From a virus (taxonomy: Duplodnaviria > Caudoviricetes): DNA of 30,190 bases. Position 1 is the first letter of the stretch; every line of letters begins with the position of its first letter. The stretch covers positions 1 to 30,190 of the IMG/VR virus record IMGVR_UViG_3300044724_003649; one strand, 5' to 3'. Below, piece by piece: positions 27,370 to 30,190 of this stretch. The notes under the pieces were generated by a model. That model did no database searches. It had not been told where the DNA came from and saw nothing but the letters and a program-made list of their open reading frames with translations. Both the position numbers and the translations under genes were made by a program.

Positions 27370-27400
27370 ACTGGTATTTATTTTAACAGTTTTAGATGGA

Positions 27401-28483
27401 TTAGCCTATTGAAAAGTTTGCCAAACTAGATGAGTTTGCTTTTTTCAATTTGTAAAAATAGTTAAGAAGCAATACATTTACTTTTAATCTATCTTCAATT
27501 TCAAATGCACTTAGAGCACTGTTGATATCTTTATCTAATACTGTGTCAATATCACTGCTAGAAAGTTTAGTATCTGCTTTTTGTACAATTTTAATTACTT
27601 CTTTAGATAGTGTGCTGTCATCATCGCCGGCATCAGTACCTGACGCCTCAAACATCTTTTGTCTAAAGTCAGCAACATCAATTTTAAGACTGTCAATTGA
27701 CTGAGCATTTAAAACAAAATCAATCTTGTCGTTTGTGCCTTCTAGGGCAAAAAGATCTTCATCAAGGTTGTAAGTAACACCTAGTAAGTTTGCTACCCAA
27801 TCTTTATTGATGTTCTGTAATAAACTGCTTCTAATAAACAATGCTTCGTCCATAACCTTTTTGCTTAGGATAGCATACATCTTAATACCTAGTGCTTCGT
27901 CATAGGTATTGTTACCACCGAGTTTGTTAGCAATTAAAAACTCAATTGGTGCTTTTGCTCTAATCTTACCTGTTAGTGTTGCATTGGCTTCTACTGTTAC
28001 AGTTTTAAATAGTCCTTGAAACTTTTCTTTGTTCAAGTACTCAAATGCGTTTGCCAAGTTCTTTTGACTGTCAACGCCTTTGTTGTCACTGCCCCAAGTA
28101 AAGTCTTGTCTAGTAATTAACTTTGCTTCTGTAACATTGGCATTGTAAACTTTGTATGCATCTTCTTTTGTTATTGTTGGGTATAGTAACTTTATCCATT
28201 TAACAAATAATGTATTGTATGTTGTAGCATCTACAAAGATATCCATTGTACCTTTTGATAGCAAGAATTCAAAAAATTCTGAATCATTAGGAAACTGTTT
28301 TTCAGCACCAACTAGGTCTGCATATGAATCTACATTAAAGTAACTTTCACCTAAGTTTCTAAACTTAGTTTCAATTTGGTCTAAAAGCACTTCACTTAGT
28401 GCTGATGAAATAACACCACGTGGACGTTCCATATCCATACGGTATTCTGGCTTTACATATACTTTATCAAATAGTAGAAACAT
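27401..28483 (-). CDS. Hypothetical protein, 360 aa
   Basis: Long ORF within the cluster; MFLLFDKVY. Confidence 0.75.
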   Translation of the reverse strand: MFLLFDKVYVKPEYRMDMERPRGVISSALSEVLLDQIETKFRNLGESYFNVDSYADLVGAEKQFPNDSEFFEFLLSKGTMDIFVDATTYNTLFVKWIKLLYPTITKEDAYKVYNANVTEAKLITRQDFTWGSDNKGVDSQKNLANAFEYLNKEKFQGLFKTVTVEANATLTGKIRAKAPIEFLIANKLGGNNTYDEALGIKMYAILSKKVMDEALFIRSSLLQNINKDWVANLLGVTYNLDEDLFALEGTNDKIDFVLNAQSIDSLKIDVADFRQKMFEASGTDAGDDDSTLSKEVIKIVQKADTKLSSSDIDTVLDKDINSALSAFEIEDRLKVNVLLLNYFYKLKKANSSSLANFSIG

Positions 28484-29204
28484 TCTCTAAACTCTCTTCT
28501 TTTAACTGTTTGTATTTATTTGAATCCCACATTCCTTCAGCAACTGCATCGCTAATCAATGCCACAGTATTACCAGGAACAAACCAATAATTGTACATTG
28601 GATCGCCCTTAAACATAGGTTGCTCAAATTGTTTCGTCAAAAATTTGCGTTCATTTACAGGAACATGCGGGAATATTTCATATAGATCGTGATATTTGTA
28701 AAGATTTACGTAGTTGATGCCACAGAACTGATCATCATCGATCTTTTCAAAGCCTTCAATGCTTTTCTTAACACCTTCGTCGTTGACACAATGCAAGTTG
28801 TAAATGCTACCACTAGTAATAGCAACCATCCATTTATCAACTATTTCAACATGTTCTTCTATAAAATCTTTTGCTTCATTAAAACTTAACAGTTTGTTTT
28901 TGTACAATGCACCTTGGTTTTCGTTAATATTAGCAAGTAAAATTTGTAGCACTGTTAACTCTAGCGATGGTAATTTAACAAGCATTCTTGTCTGCATATA
29001 GTCAGCAATAAATTCTACAACTTCTCTGTGCTCTACATCTTTAAAATTAACATCACATGGGACATCAAGATTGCTTAGATAAGTTAAAAGTTTTTCACCT
29101 TTTAATGTGCTTTTACTATAATCAATTATAAATGTGATAGACTTATCTTCAAAATAAGACTTAAGGTCCTCTAAAGGAATAGGTGCAATAGTGTTTTTAG
29201 TCAT
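28467..29204 (-). CDS. Hypothetical protein, 245 aa
   Basis: TAATG-coupled to the Cys/His-tail gene; IDYSKSTLKG..LTYLSNL. Confidence 0.75.
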   Translation of the reverse strand: MTKNTIAPIPLEDLKSYFEDKSITFIIDYSKSTLKGEKLLTYLSNLDVPCDVNFKDVEHREVVEFIADYMQTRMLVKLPSLELTVLQILLANINENQGALYKNKLLSFNEAKDFIEEHVEIVDKWMVAITSGSIYNLHCVNDEGVKKSIEGFEKIDDDQFCGINYVNLYKYHDLYEIFPHVPVNERKFLTKQFEQPMFKGDPMYNYWFVPGNTVALISDAVAEGMWDSNKYKQLKEESLENVSTI

Positions 29205-29761
29205 TAACGTCTACCTCGTGAACCGTGGCAATTACTGTGACAACTGCTGTGACATCTAGTAAAGTCTTCGGCTTTAACTGTATCACGTTTTTCGTCCATC
29301 TCTCTTTGTAGATCACCAAAATAGGTTTCTAATCCAGTAACACTCACTAGATCATCTTCTTCAACGGTACTTGCATCGATACCATCGAGTGCAAGTCTTT
29401 CTGTATTGGTAAGATAAGCAACCTGCGTATCATCAAAATCAATACGAGGATTTGCTTCACCTGTTCCTGATGTTTGTGTTAATAATCTTGCTCTTTGTTT
29501 TCTAATTTTAGTATATTCAAATGCTTCACCTTCTAGTGTAGCAATTAAATCACTTGAATCAATTGTCGATCCTGAAATATCTGTTCCTGTAATACCAATA
29601 GCACGGCCAGTTGTAGTACCACCATAGACAGCATCAGGCATCTGTGTAAACGGTTTGTTGTTTGTTCCCCATACAACCTGTGTGTTATTGTGTGAAACGA
29701 CAAAATCCGCAAATCTATCCACAATATTTTGCTTTCTAATAGGGTTTGTTAGTGTAGCCAT
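29204..29761 (-). CDS. Putative modification substrate/precursor: 185 aa with C-terminal CHSSCHSNCHGSRGRR
   Basis: The only three Cys lie in the last 16 aa as (CHxx)3; gene abuts a rSAM/SPASM gene. Confidence 0.75.
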   Translation of the reverse strand: MATLTNPIRKQNIVDRFADFVVSHNNTQVVWGTNNKPFTQMPDAVYGGTTTGRAIGITGTDISGSTIDSSDLIATLEGEAFEYTKIRKQRARLLTQTSGTGEANPRIDFDDTQVAYLTNTERLALDGIDASTVEEDDLVSVTGLETYFGDLQREMDEKRDTVKAEDFTRCHSSCHSNCHGSRGRR

Positions 29762-30190
29762 CTAGTTATGTACCTTTATTAATTTCTCTGTAAACTTTGC
29801 ATTTCTTTTAAATGTATGTGTATTTATATCATCTTTTAGTTTCATCATGAGTGTTTTTGGCGAAGCACACACATCATCTTCCCATTCTAATTGGTGACAA
29901 TCACTGCCGCACACATCAAACACAGGACATTCAAAACATCTAGGATCACGTGCTGTTTCGCAGGCTATAATAGTGCGTCTTTTTGGATTGAATAACAGTT
30001 CTGCTATGGGCATATCCAGTGTTCCGTAGTGATCTTCTGGTGCTGAATTAGGGCATCCTGCTATGGTTCCATCTGCATTAATTGTAAACATCTTTTGTTC
30101 ACAGTTTCTGCACCATGTTCCTGCATCTGGAAAGCCTAGTTCAAATTTAGCATAGATGTTTTCCATAAACGTATGATAGATTTTATCACG
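29762..30190 (-). CDS. Radical SAM/SPASM enzyme, 3' part only (truncated by the window edge)
   Basis: Frame open to 30190; CRNC, INADGTIAGC, CFECPVFDVCGSDC..C SPASM pattern. Confidence 0.85.
   Translation of the reverse strand, partial: RDKIYHTFMENIYAKFELGFPDAGTWCRNCEQKMFTINADGTIAGCPNSAPEDHYGTLDMPIAELLFNPKRRTIIACETARDPRCFECPVFDVCGSDCHQLEWEDDVCASPKTLMMKLKDDINTHTFKRNAKFTEKLIKVHN

Noticed and set aside
19434-29001. Plus-strand short ORFs within the rSAM cluster
   Set aside because: Antisense to motif-bearing or tightly coupled genes.
21965-30190. The rSAM/SPASM genes as PqqE acting on the nearby pqqA
   Set aside because: No pqqB, pqqC or pqqD is recognisable, pqqA is on the opposite strand in its own unit, and a better in-cluster substrate exists. 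It cannot be fully excluded without an HMM search.

Overview
AT-rich, densely coding window from a large lytic dsDNA tailed phage, probably an aquatic myovirus with T4-like TAAATA late promoters. Left half (mostly minus strand): PAAR spike, glutaredoxin, class Ia ribonucleotide reductase (nrdAB), a beta-helix tail-type protein, a PD-(D/E)xK exonuclease and a run of probable head-internal proteins. Middle (14.8-18.4 kb): small accessory genes, including a cold-shock protein and a stand-alone pqqA (PQQ precursor peptide, 23 aa, missed by the ORF track) with its own promoter, RBS and terminator. Right 12 kb: a co-oriented cluster of four radical SAM/SPASM-type enzymes (one cut by the window edge), four 2OG-Fe(II) oxygenase-like proteins, a flavin-dependent halogenase homologue, a P-loop kinase and a 185-aa protein ending in CHSSCHSNCHGSRGRR. 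This looks like a phage-encoded RiPP-like or protein-tailoring system and is the best candidate for an undescribed system. All family calls rest on motif recognition by eye, with no database searches.
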